A stretch of DNA of 63,840 bases, filler included, from a bacterium (GTDB lineage Bacteria > JADJOY01), in the NCBI GenBank assembly GCA_046331705.1. It is 4 parts of 4 records of this genome, joined end to end, with 100 filler letters (N's around TTAATTAATTAA, not from the genome) between each part and the next. Parts side by side here need not be neighbours in the genome. Positions count along the whole stretch, not along the records: positions 1 to 18,148 come from JAXLQJ010000092.1; 3 more parts are not named here. One strand, written 5' to 3'. Each line of letters starts with the position of its first letter. Positions within the stretch are counted from its first letter, which is position 1. Below, piece after piece: positions 1-9,491 of the stretch. The notes beneath the pieces are model-generated. The model did no database searches. It saw nothing but the letters and a program-made list of their open reading frames with translations, and had not been told where the DNA came from. The translations under genes and the position numbers were made by a program.

Positions 1-24
1 CACGCTCGGCGATCGCCGCATCGC

Positions 25-2307
25 GTGTCGCGCACCATGGCTCGCCGGCTCGCGCACGGGGTTGCGATCGTCGCGCTGCTCGCGCTCGGCGGCGGCGTGC
101 TGGGCGCGAGCGCGGCCGAGGCTCGCGAGACCGTCGCCCTCGACGACGGCTGGCGATTCCAGCTCGCGCCGCGGCGCGCTTGCCCGAACGTGCCCGACGG
201 CAACGCGGCCTGGCGCGCCGTGCGGCTACCGCACACCTGGAACGACGTCGACACCTTCGATGGCGTCGTCGACTACGCACGCGACCGCGGCTGCTACCGC
301 TACCAGCTGAAGAACGAGGCGCGCTTCGCCGGTCGGGTGGTGCGGCTTCGCTTCCTCGGGGCCTACGCGCAGGCGCGGGTCTGGATCGACGGACGCTCGC
401 TGGGTCGCTTCGACGGGGACTACACGGGATTTCACGTCGACGTTCCGGGAGATTCGCTCGCGGCCAAGGCGTCCACGACGATCGACGTCGAGGTCGACAA
501 CCGGGCCTCGCGACGCGTGCTGCCCGGCCGACCCGACCCCGACTACAACCTCTACGGCGGCCTCTATCGCGAGGTCTATCTCGATGTGCTGGCGCCGATC
601 CACGTCGAGGCGGAGGCGACCTTCGCGCGCCCCGAGCCGATGAACGGCAGCGTGTGGCTGGTGCCCGTGACGGTGGGCATCGCCAGCGAGCGCGAGAACG
701 ACAGGGTCGACCTCGACCTCGAGCTGATCGGACCCGACGGTCGGTCCGAGGCGCGGGTCTCGCGAACCATCGAGGTGTGGGAGGAGACGATCACGCCCAC
801 CACGCTCGACCTCGGGCCACTCGATTCACCTGCGCGCTGGTCGCCCGACTCGCCTGCGCTCCACGAGGTGCGGATCGCCCTGCGTCGCGGCGGCACGATG
901 ATCGACGAGCACCGCTTCTCGATCGGCCTGCGCACGGCACGATTCGATCCCGAGCGCGGTTTCCTGCTGAACGGTGCGCCACTCCGGCTGCGCGGCGCCA
1001 ATCGCCACCAGGATTTTCCCGGAATGGGCAGCGCGCTGCCCGCCGGCTTCCAAGAGCTCGACGCGCGCATCCTGAAGGAGATGGGCGCCAACTTCGTGCG
1101 CACGTCGCACTACCCGCAGCACCCGGCGTTTCTCGATGCATGCGATCGCCTGGGCATCGTGGTGTTCGAGGAGATCGCCACCTGGAAGACCGTGGGCTGG
1201 GGCGCCTTTCAGGACGCTGCGGCGCGGATGATGCGGGCCATGATCGAGCGCGACCGCAATCATCCATCGATCGCGCTGTGGGGCATGATGAACGAAGGCC
1301 GCTCGAAGCCGATGTTCGAGCGGCTGAAGGCCATCGCCAGCGAGGCGGATCCGACGCGCGGCGTGGGCTACGCCGAGCACCGCTTCGAGCGCGCCCTCAG
1401 CCAGGACACCGCGGCGATCCCCGACGCGATCGGCCTCAACTACCGGCCCGAGAAATACCCGGAGTTCAAGCGACTCTTCCCGCGAGGGTCCTTCTTCGTC
1501 TCCGAGCACACCAACCAGAGTCACACCACGCGCGGCGACGGCGCCGCGGAGCTCGCGCAGGTGCGTGCGATCGACGCCGATCTCGATCGCATGGACGCGC
1601 TTGCCTGGCTCGGCGGCACGGCGCTGTGGTCGCTTCACGACTACGGCACCGAGCGCCCCAAGAAGAAGACGCGCACCATCCACAACTCGGGCGCCGTCGA
1701 TGCGTTTCGCATCCCGCGTGCCAGCTTCCGCTACCTCGCGACGCGCTGGAGCCGCGAGCCGAGGGCGGAGCTGCTGCTGCCGCCGATGAACGTCGCCCGC
1801 GGACCCGCCACGGGAAAGACCGTCGTCCCGATCGCCACCAACTGCGCGCGGGTGCGGCTGACCGCCGACGGCCGCGATCTGGGCGAGCGCCCGGGGAGGC
1901 CGCTGATCGAGTGGCTGCTCGATGCGCCGCCCTCCACCGTCGAGCTGCGCGCCGAGTGCGCCGGCGGCCCAGTCGAAGCGCGCTGGGAAAAACCGGGAAC
2001 CGCGGCGCGCATCCGGCTGGCGAGCGATCTCGAGACGCTTCCCCGCGACGGCTCGAACGCGGCGCGGATCACCATCCGCATCGAGGACGAACGTGGCCGG
2101 CTCGCGACGGAGTTCAGCGACGACGTCATCGTCACGACCACCGCCGCGGGACGCGCCGTCACGATCGGAGACCGCGGTCGCGTCCCGGTGGCCGCGGGGC
2201 TCGGCGCGTTCGCCGTCGAGAGCACGCCCGGCGCGAGCCACGACGTCCACGTGATCGTCGCGCACGGCGGCTTCGAGCCAGCGAATCTGCGCCTGCGCAC
2301 GCGTTGA
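25..2307 (+). CDS. Secreted glycoside hydrolase family 2 (beta-galactosidase/glucuronidase-like)
   Basis: Signal peptide; GH2 motifs LPHTWN, YGGLYREV, GANRHQD, VRTSHYP, WGMMNE (acid/base Glu), VSEH (nucleophile). Start may be the ATG at 37. Confidence 0.9.
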   Translation: MSRTMARRLAHGVAIVALLALGGGVLGASAAEARETVALDDGWRFQLAPRRACPNVPDGNAAWRAVRLPHTWNDVDTFDGVVDYARDRGCYRYQLKNEARFAGRVVRLRFLGAYAQARVWIDGRSLGRFDGDYTGFHVDVPGDSLAAKASTTIDVEVDNRASRRVLPGRPDPDYNLYGGLYREVYLDVLAPIHVEAEATFARPEPMNGSVWLVPVTVGIASERENDRVDLDLELIGPDGRSEARVSRTIEVWEETITPTTLDLGPLDSPARWSPDSPALHEVRIALRRGGTMIDEHRFSIGLRTARFDPERGFLLNGAPLRLRGANRHQDFPGMGSALPAGFQELDARILKEMGANFVRTSHYPQHPAFLDACDRLGIVVFEEIATWKTVGWGAFQDAAARMMRAMIERDRNHPSIALWGMMNEGRSKPMFERLKAIASEADPTRGVGYAEHRFERALSQDTAAIPDAIGLNYRPEKYPEFKRLFPRGSFFVSEHTNQSHTTRGDGAAELAQVRAIDADLDRMDALAWLGGTALWSLHDYGTERPKKKTRTIHNSGAVDAFRIPRASFRYLATRWSREPRAELLLPPMNVARGPATGKTVVPIATNCARVRLTADGRDLGERPGRPLIEWLLDAPPSTVELRAECAGGPVEARWEKPGTAARIRLASDLETLPRDGSNAARITIRIEDERGRLATEFSDDVIVTTTAAGRAVTIGDRGRVPVAAGLGAFAVESTPGASHDVHVIVAHGGFEPANLRLRTR

Positions 2308-2407
2308 GCCGGCCCGAGCCCGCGCCCCAGCCGGTTCCCCGCCGTTCGCCGGCGCCGGTCGCCAAGGCGCGCGCGGCCAGTCAGACTGCCGTGCGGGATC
2401 TCGCGCC

Positions 2408-3193
2408 ATGCACATCGACTCGGACAACACGCCTCGCGTGGCACGGCCGGCTTCCACCGTCGTGCTGCTGCGCGACCCCCCCGCCGGCAGCGACCAGCCG
2501 TTCGAGGTGTACTTCACGCGTCGCCCCGAGCACTTCACGTTCGTCGGCGGCTTCCACGTCTTCCCGGGCGGTGCGATGGACAGCGCCGACGCGCGATCGA
2601 CCACGCTCGCGCGCGTTCGCCGCCTCACGGCCGAGCAGGCGCTCGGCGAGCTCACCGGCGCATCCGACGGCCCGACGGCGCTCGCGCATTGGGTCACCGC
2701 CGCCCGCGAGGTCTTCGAGGAGGCCGGCGTGCTGCTGGCGACGAACGAGGACGGCTCGGCGGTCGCGGCGCAGGTGCTCGAGGAGGCGCTCGCGAACGTG
2801 CCGCGCACCCACGAGCACCACGCCGCCGAGGTCTTCCTCGATCACCTCGAGCGGCACGATCTCGTGATCGACGCGAACGGGATCCGCTATTTCTCGCACT
2901 GGATCACGCCGCCGGGGCCGCCGCGGCGCTTCGACACGCGCTTCTTCGTGGCGCGTCTGCCAGCCGGTCAACGGCCCACGCCGCATCCCACCGAGGTGGC
3001 CGGTGAGGCCTGGCACGGCCCCGCGGCGGCCATCGCCCAATGGGAAGCGGGCGCGCTCTCGCTCATGCCGCCCTCGGTCTTCACGCTTCAGCAGCTCGCG
3101 GTGTTCCCGTCCATCGACGCACTGTTCGCCACCCGCGATCTCGCCGCCGAGGCCGAAACGCGCGGCAACGCGAGGCTCATCGCCTCGTTCTGA
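2408..3193 (+). CDS. NUDIX hydrolase (NUDT19/acyl-CoA diphosphatase-like)
   Basis: ASTVVLLRD, VFPGG...AAREVFEEAG split Nudix box, WITP..PRRFDTRFF. Confidence 0.85.
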   Translation: MHIDSDNTPRVARPASTVVLLRDPPAGSDQPFEVYFTRRPEHFTFVGGFHVFPGGAMDSADARSTTLARVRRLTAEQALGELTGASDGPTALAHWVTAAREVFEEAGVLLATNEDGSAVAAQVLEEALANVPRTHEHHAAEVFLDHLERHDLVIDANGIRYFSHWITPPGPPRRFDTRFFVARLPAGQRPTPHPTEVAGEAWHGPAAAIAQWEAGALSLMPPSVFTLQQLAVFPSIDALFATRDLAAEAETRGNARLIASF

Positions 3194-4118
3194 CGGCTGC
3201 GCTGGCGTGCGCCACCCGACCGACGAGGTGCAAGCCCTCGCCGCCGGCAGGGCGAACCGTGACGTCGAGCGCAGCACCGCCCGCGTCGGAGGCACGCGAG
3301 GCGAAGAGTGCGACGCGCCCGGGCATGGCGATCGGCTGCTTGAACGCGACCTCCGCGTCGAGCAACCCGGCCACGCAACCGTCACGCGCGAGCTCGGCGA
3401 GCAGCCGCGCCAGCGTCCACATGCCGTGGGCGATCGGCCGCCGATAGCCGATGGGCCGCGCGGTGAGCGCCCAGAGGTGGTGTGGGTTCCAGTCGCCCGA
3501 AGCGAGCGCGTAGCGGCGCCCGGTGGGCTCCGGGACGTCGACGATCGCGAGCGGCGGCGCGCCGCCCACGGGCGGATGGGGCGATCGGGCGCCCGGCGGC
3601 GCAGTCACGCCGCGCGCGGTGCGGCTACGGGAAAGCATCGTCGCGCAGCCTTCCCAAGCGAGACGACCACCGACCTGGACCTCCATCCGCCAGTCGACCT
3701 CGACACCTCTCGCCGACGAGCGAAGGGCCTCGAGGCGACACGCGAGAGCCAGCGCCTCGCTCACGTGGATCGGCGCGTGCTCGACGAGCGTCTGCCGTAC
3801 GTGGATGAGGCCGAGCGGGCTCAGCGGAAACCCACGAGCCGTCACCAGCTTCGCGAGCAACCCGATGAAGAGCGTCTCGGGAAACGCCGGCGGAAGCACG
3901 TCGCCCCCGTCGCCCCCGTCGGCACACGCGCACACCGCGCGGTAGGCGGCGAGCCGCGCCGGATCGACGCGTACGCCCGGCACGCTCACGGCGAGCGCGG
4001 GGAGCTCGTCACCGACTCGGGCGCCGCCCTGGCGACGCACCGCCGCCAGCGCCAGCGCACGCACGAAGAGCGGCGCGAGCCACGGCAAGCGCGCGAGCTG
4101 GACGGCCGGCGCGGCCAC
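3177..4118 (-). CDS. MaoC-like (R)-enoyl-CoA hydratase/dehydratase
   Basis: YALASGDWNPHH and IAHGMW hot-dog motifs; GTG start at 4118, 2 nt after the SDR stop. Confidence 0.85.
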   Translation of the reverse strand: MAAPAVQLARLPWLAPLFVRALALAAVRRQGGARVGDELPALAVSVPGVRVDPARLAAYRAVCACADGGDGGDVLPPAFPETLFIGLLAKLVTARGFPLSPLGLIHVRQTLVEHAPIHVSEALALACRLEALRSSARGVEVDWRMEVQVGGRLAWEGCATMLSRSRTARGVTAPPGARSPHPPVGGAPPLAIVDVPEPTGRRYALASGDWNPHHLWALTARPIGYRRPIAHGMWTLARLLAELARDGCVAGLLDAEVAFKQPIAMPGRVALFASRASDAGGAALDVTVRPAGGEGLHLVGRVAHASAAVRTRR

Positions 4119-4120
4119 GT

Positions 4121-4984
4121 TCAGCCGTGGACGCTCGGTCCTTGCTTCGGCTCGTGCGCGCTCTTCGACTGCTGCGCGGCGGCTTTCTTGGCGGCGTTGC
4201 GCGTCATGGCGAAGTGGATCAAGCCCGGGGTGTGGCGCCCCAGCCACGCGGCGACCTTGCCGTGGGCGGTGAAGACGTACTCGCGATCCCGTCGTGCGAT
4301 GGCGTCGACCATGACGCGCGCCGCTTTCTCCGTCGGCCACATCAGCTTCGCCGGGCGCTTGTCCTTGCGGCTCGAGTCGAAGCGCCCCTGGTTGTCCACC
4401 TGCGCGATCTCGCTGGCGACGAAGCCCGGGTGGATGGTGGTGCACGAGACACCCGTGCCTTCCAGCTCCATCGAGAGCGTCTGGCCGATCGCGCGGACCG
4501 CGGCTTTCGACGCGGTGTACGGCCCCTGCCCCGGCACCGCCACCATGGACGACACGCTTCCCACCAGCGCGAGGCGGCCCCGCGTCTTCTTGAGCTCGTT
4601 CAGCGAGTAGCGCGCCGTCATCGCGAGCCCGATGACGTTGGTCTCGAATTGCCGGCGCCAGTCGGCGGCGTCGAGGTTCTCGATGCGCCCCGACATCCCG
4701 AAGCCGGCGTTCGCCACCACCACGTCGAGCCGGCCCAGGTCGCGGGCCACGGCCTCGACCGCGAACATCACCGCGCTCTCGTCGGTCACGTCGCACGGCA
4801 CCACCAGCCCGCGCCGGCCGAGCTTCTCGATCTCGCGGATCACTTCGCGCAGCCGGTCCTCGCGACGCCCCGACACGCCGACGTCCGCGCCGCGCGACGC
4901 CAACTCCAGCGCGATGCACCGGCCGATGCCAGCCGTGGCGCCGGTCACCCAAGCCACCAAACCTGCGAAGTCTTGCCTAGCCAT
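4121..4984 (-). CDS. Short-chain dehydrogenase/reductase
   Basis: TGATAGIG, NAG, YTASK motifs; ATG at 4984. Confidence 0.92.
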   Translation of the reverse strand: MARQDFAGLVAWVTGATAGIGRCIALELASRGADVGVSGRREDRLREVIREIEKLGRRGLVVPCDVTDESAVMFAVEAVARDLGRLDVVVANAGFGMSGRIENLDAADWRRQFETNVIGLAMTARYSLNELKKTRGRLALVGSVSSMVAVPGQGPYTASKAAVRAIGQTLSMELEGTGVSCTTIHPGFVASEIAQVDNQGRFDSSRKDKRPAKLMWPTEKAARVMVDAIARRDREYVFTAHGKVAAWLGRHTPGLIHFAMTRNAAKKAAAQQSKSAHEPKQGPSVHG

Positions 4985-5253
4985 CGCCTCTGCCTCGTTT
5001 TCCGGGCCGAAACCGCGCGCGCGTGGGAGGCCGCCGAGTCTAAATGACGATCGGCGAAACGTCGCGATCGCGAACCGGCACACGGACGCCCAGCCCGCGG
5101 GCCCGCGGGCGCCGCGCACGGCGCGGCCGGCCGCGGCCCCACTCGGCTTGCTCATCCGAATCGCACTGACGCATTGTGCGCGGCATCGGCATCGGCATCG
5201 CCAGCGTCTCGGCCCGCGAGATCCAGCGGGCGCCGGCGCGTTCGGAGCAGACC

Positions 5254-6315
5254 ATGCGACTGGGAATCATCGGCGAAGGCATCCTCGAACGGCTCATCGC
5301 CCTCACGAACGTCGCTCCCGCGCCGCTGATCGAGACCCAGATCGCGTACAGCATGGCGCGGACGATCATGGCCGGCGTGAAGGTCGGCATCTACGACGCC
5401 GTCGGCCGAGGTGCAGCCACGGCCGCCGAGGTCGCCGCAGCGTGCGGCAGCGACCGCGAAGCGACGACGAAGCTCATGAACGCGCTCGTGGGCTTGCGTT
5501 ACCTGCGACATCGCAACGGGCGTTACGACCTCACGCCGAAGGCCCGCAAGTGGCTGTTTCGCGACTCGCCTCATTCGATCGCCGACAAGCTGCTCTTTCA
5601 GTACGACGAGTGGGACATCGTGATGCGGTACGAGGAATACGTCACGACCGGACAGCCGCTCGACGTGCACAGCTCGCTCGTGGACCCGGCGACCTGGGAG
5701 CGCTACCAGCGCGGCATGCGAGCGCTGGCCACCATCTCGGGCGAGGAGGTGGCGGCTCGGCTCCCGATCGCGGCGGGCGCCACGACGATGCTCGACATCG
5801 GTGGCTCGCACGGCTACTACTCGATTTGCGTGTGCCGCCGTCATGCCGGCATGCGCGCGACGATTCTCGACCTTCCCGAAGCAGTCGAGCACGCAGCACC
5901 GATCCTCGCCCGCGAAGGCATGGGCGAGCGAGTCCGACACCGGCCCGGCAACGCGCTCACGGACGATCTGGGCGAGGAAGCGTGGGACGTCGTCTTCCTG
6001 TCACAGCTCGTGCACCACTTCACGGACCAGCAGAATCGGGAGCTCGTGAAGCGGATCGCCCGCGCCCTGAAGCCCGGCGGCGTGTGCGTGCTGCTCGACG
6101 CACTGCGGCCCGAGTCGCCGGAGGGCGCGGGCGGCGTGGGCGCGGTGCTCGACCTCTTCTTCGCGGCGACGAGTCGCTCAGGCACCTGGCCAGTCGCCAC
6201 CATGCAGAGCTGGATGCGGGATGCCGGATTGACCATCGCGGCGCCGATCCATCTGCGCAGCCTCCCCGGCGCGGCGATGGTGCCGGGACGCAAGCCGCTC
6301 GCGCGAGGCGCGTAA
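5254..6315 (+). CDS. SAM-dependent O-methyltransferase (dimerisation domain plus methyltransferase domain)
   Basis: LDIGGSHG SAM motif, DLP, LSQLVHHF, ALKPGG. Confidence 0.88.
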   Translation: MRLGIIGEGILERLIALTNVAPAPLIETQIAYSMARTIMAGVKVGIYDAVGRGAATAAEVAAACGSDREATTKLMNALVGLRYLRHRNGRYDLTPKARKWLFRDSPHSIADKLLFQYDEWDIVMRYEEYVTTGQPLDVHSSLVDPATWERYQRGMRALATISGEEVAARLPIAAGATTMLDIGGSHGYYSICVCRRHAGMRATILDLPEAVEHAAPILAREGMGERVRHRPGNALTDDLGEEAWDVVFLSQLVHHFTDQQNRELVKRIARALKPGGVCVLLDALRPESPEGAGGVGAVLDLFFAATSRSGTWPVATMQSWMRDAGLTIAAPIHLRSLPGAAMVPGRKPLARGA

Positions 6316-6440
6316 CCCGGGCTCTTCCCGCGACGTCGCGCGCCGGGGGGTGCGAATCTCGGCGCGCTCCAGCACGCGAGGGCCGGCTCGGGCGCGTGGA
6401 TGCGCGTGCTACGGTGTGCCGCCCGCGAGGAGAGACGCGC

Positions 6441-7655
6441 ATGCGCGAGGTCCACGAGCCGCTGATCCTGTCGGTATCCGGTCCCGACCGGCCCGGCATC
6501 CTCGCCGAGCTGGCGGGCATCCTGGCGCGCGGCCAGATCGACCTGGTCGATGTCGAGCAGGCCACGCTCCAGAACTTCCTGGCGCTCTCCTTGCTCGTGG
6601 ATCTCGGCAATCGCCCCGAGCGCGCGCAGGTGATCTTGCGCGAGTTCCTGCCGGCTGCGGCGCGCATGGGCCTCAACGCCGAGGTGCGCGCGATCTCCCA
6701 TCCCGAGCTGCGGATCCTGAAGGAGCAGGACCTGTGGGCGGTGACGCTGATCGGCGAGGCGGCGATCGCGCACATGGTGACGACGGTGGCGGCGGCGACC
6801 GCGCGCCACAACGCCAACATCGTCACGATCCGCAGGCTCGCCGAGCAGGACATCAGCGCCGCCGAGCTGATCGTGGACGTGTCGCGCACCGCCTACGTCG
6901 ACTCCTTCCGCCGCGACCTGCTGAGCGCCTGCGAGGCGGTGGGCATGGACGTGGGGGTCGCGCCCGAGGACGTGCACCGCAAGAGCAAGCGCGTGGTGGT
7001 GATGGACGCCGACTCGACGCTGGTCGCCGGCGAGGTGATCGACGAGCTGGCGCGCCGCGCGGGCGTGGTGGAGAAGGTCGCGGCCATCACCCGTCGCGCG
7101 ATGGAAGGCGAGCTCGACTTCACGGCGGCGCTCACCGAGCGCGTGGCGCTGCTCGCCGGGCTCGGCCGCGCGGACCTGCAGGCGGTCATCGACTCGATGC
7201 GGCTCACGCCCGGCGCCGCCGAGACCATCGCCGTGCTCAAGGCGCTCGGCTTCAAGGTGGGCGTGATCAGCGGCGGCTTCACGTTCTTCACCGACCACCT
7301 GCGCACCACGCTCGGCCTCGACTACGCGTTCGGCAACGTGCTCGAGATGGAAGGCGATCGCCTCACGGGACGCGTGGTGCCGCCGGTGATCGACGCCCAA
7401 GGCAAGGCGGAGCGCGTGCGCCAGATCGCCCGCGAGCTGGGCGTGCCGCTCTCGCAGGTGGTGACCGTGGGCGACGGCGCCAACGACATCCCCATGCTCG
7501 AGACCGCCGGCCTCGGCATCGCGTTTCGCGCCAAGGAAGCGGCGCGGCGCGCGGCGCGCGGCACGATCCAGCGCAACGACATGAAGGCGCTGCTCTACCT
7601 GCTCGGCATCTCGCAGCGGGACGTCCGACGCGTCGCCCGAAAGGACCCGCCATGA
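6441..7655 (+). CDS. serB: Phosphoserine phosphatase with N-terminal ACT domains
   Basis: GPDRPG ACT start; HAD motifs DADST, SGGF, K, GDGAND; GAGGAG RBS. Confidence 0.93.
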   Translation: MREVHEPLILSVSGPDRPGILAELAGILARGQIDLVDVEQATLQNFLALSLLVDLGNRPERAQVILREFLPAAARMGLNAEVRAISHPELRILKEQDLWAVTLIGEAAIAHMVTTVAAATARHNANIVTIRRLAEQDISAAELIVDVSRTAYVDSFRRDLLSACEAVGMDVGVAPEDVHRKSKRVVVMDADSTLVAGEVIDELARRAGVVEKVAAITRRAMEGELDFTAALTERVALLAGLGRADLQAVIDSMRLTPGAAETIAVLKALGFKVGVISGGFTFFTDHLRTTLGLDYAFGNVLEMEGDRLTGRVVPPVIDAQGKAERVRQIARELGVPLSQVVTVGDGANDIPMLETAGLGIAFRAKEAARRAARGTIQRNDMKALLYLLGISQRDVRRVARKDPP

Positions 7656-7978
7656 CGCTCGAGATCGCGCCCGACCGACGCTTCGTCGAAGACCCGACCG
7701 AACCGTTCTTCTGGGCGGACTTCCTCGCGCGACGTCCCGGCGACGACGAGCAGACGCAGATCCTCGTGCGCTTCGCGGTCGCCGACTTCCGCGCCCTGCA
7801 AGCACGGCTCGGCTGGGACGACAGCCGCCACAACAACCTGATCCTCTGCGAATCCGTGCTGCGCGCGGCCGTGGCGTGCGGATTCTGGGACCATCGCCTC
7901 GACGCCCGCGAGCACTGGCCGATCGTCGAGGCCGTGGTCACCGCGCTGGAACGAAGCGCGGCCGACGCTGCCCGATGA
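7652..7978 (+). CDS. Hypothetical protein (108 aa)
   Basis: ATGA overlap with serB stop; protein-like composition and GC3 bias. Confidence 0.65.
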   Translation: MTLEIAPDRRFVEDPTEPFFWADFLARRPGDDEQTQILVRFAVADFRALQARLGWDDSRHNNLILCESVLRAAVACGFWDHRLDAREHWPIVEAVVTALERSAADAAR

Positions 7979-8000
7979 GCGCGGTGCCCGGCCCCCACTC

Positions 8001-9470
8001 GTGAGCCAGTCTCGCCAGGACGGCCCGCTCGGACGCGCCGCGCGTTTCGCGCTCGCGTGGCTCGCCGATTCCCTGCGCTGGGCGCCGGGGATGCTGTTCG
8101 TGGGCGTGGGCGGTGCCTTCCTGTCGACGGCGTGGCTCGCGGCGCCCGCGCGGCTGCTGCTGCACCGCGACCTGGCGCGGTACACCGCCCACGCCGAAGG
8201 GCGAGCGTCGCAGCCGTTCTGGCGCTTCGAGGTCGCGCTCGATCGCCTCGGCGACGGCTGGAACTGGGCCGCGGTGACCAACGCCGAGCTGTGCGCGGAC
8301 TTCGAGACGCGAAACGACCCGCGGATCACGACCCATCTCACGCTCTGCGGCGCGCGCCGCGCGCGCACCGCGCCGTGGGGGATCGCCGAGACGCTCGAGC
8401 TCGCGCCCGGCGTGCCGATCACCTGGCCGCGCGACGAGCGCGGTCTTCCGGTGGTCGAGATCCGGCTCTCCCCCGGAGCGCGCCCGTGGCTCGAATCGCG
8501 GCCGGCGGGCTTCTGGCCCCTGACGGGGCAATCGGAGGAGGCGCGCGCCGCCATGCCGCCCGCCGGCAACGAGCTCGATGCGTTGCTGCTCGAGGTGGAC
8601 CGACCGCTGGAGTGGCTGATCCGCGCCTGGCCCGCATCGAGCGAAGCCGGCGCGCTGCCCATGGCGTTCGATCCCGCGACACCGGAGCTCCCGCTGCCCG
8701 TCGCGGTCGTCGACGCCGGCCTCGCGACGCGGCCGGAATGGCCGATGGCGGTGGCGCTCGCGCTGTTCGGCGCACTCGCCTGGGTGACGGGCTGGGGTTA
8801 CGCACTGGGCGGCAGCTCGCGACTTCGCGTCGCCGCAGCGTGCATCGCCCCGCTGGTGCTGCTGCCGTGGTGGGGGGATCGCTTCGAACGCGTGCTGCTC
8901 TGGCTCGAACCGCGCGCCGGCCAGGTGGGCGCGGAGATGCTGCACGACCTCACGGAGCCGCTCCGACTCGACGTCGAGCCACGCGGGCTCGACGTCCTGG
9001 CCGGGTACGACCGCATCCACTGGAGCGTGGCGACCTCGTACTACGAGCTGCTGCGGGGGCCGTTCGGCCCCGTGCGTCCCCAGCCCGCGCCTGCCGATCC
9101 CGATGCGGCGCTGCGCGCGGCCGTCGAGCAGGTCACGGCGCGCATGCTCGCCGCCGACGACGACACCCTGCTCCCGTTGCTCGCGCGCCTGCGACAGGAC
9201 GAGCTCGTCGATCGGGGGCAGATCGGCCTGCTCTTCCTCGACGGCGCGCGGCGAATCGCCCTCGACCCAGCCCGCGGCGCGGACGTGCGCCGCACGGCCG
9301 CGAGCTTCCTGTGGTGGCTCTCGGTGACTCCCATCGAGCCGCGCGCCGCGGAGCCGGCTTATCGAACACGCGTGGAGCTGTGGAAGGAGCTGCGGCAATT
9401 CCCGCTCGACTCGGCGGTGGAGAACTCCGTGGGCTCGATGCTCGAGCGACTCGAGGCCCCGCGATCCTGA
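8001..9470 (+). CDS. Hypothetical membrane protein
   Basis: Several hydrophobic segments; same strand as the upstream operon. Confidence 0.7.
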   Translation: MSQSRQDGPLGRAARFALAWLADSLRWAPGMLFVGVGGAFLSTAWLAAPARLLLHRDLARYTAHAEGRASQPFWRFEVALDRLGDGWNWAAVTNAELCADFETRNDPRITTHLTLCGARRARTAPWGIAETLELAPGVPITWPRDERGLPVVEIRLSPGARPWLESRPAGFWPLTGQSEEARAAMPPAGNELDALLLEVDRPLEWLIRAWPASSEAGALPMAFDPATPELPLPVAVVDAGLATRPEWPMAVALALFGALAWVTGWGYALGGSSRLRVAAACIAPLVLLPWWGDRFERVLLWLEPRAGQVGAEMLHDLTEPLRLDVEPRGLDVLAGYDRIHWSVATSYYELLRGPFGPVRPQPAPADPDAALRAAVEQVTARMLAADDDTLLPLLARLRQDELVDRGQIGLLFLDGARRIALDPARGADVRRTAASFLWWLSVTPIEPRAAEPAYRTRVELWKELRQFPLDSAVENSVGSMLERLEAPRS

Positions 9471-9491
9471 GCGCGGGGCCACGCGCCGCGA

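Noticed and set aside
4632-7655. Apparent 1007-aa SerB and other long N-terminal extensions (ilvD, MFP, trp genes)
   Set aside because: Stop-poor upstream frames. The real starts have an RBS or overlap the previous gene's stop.
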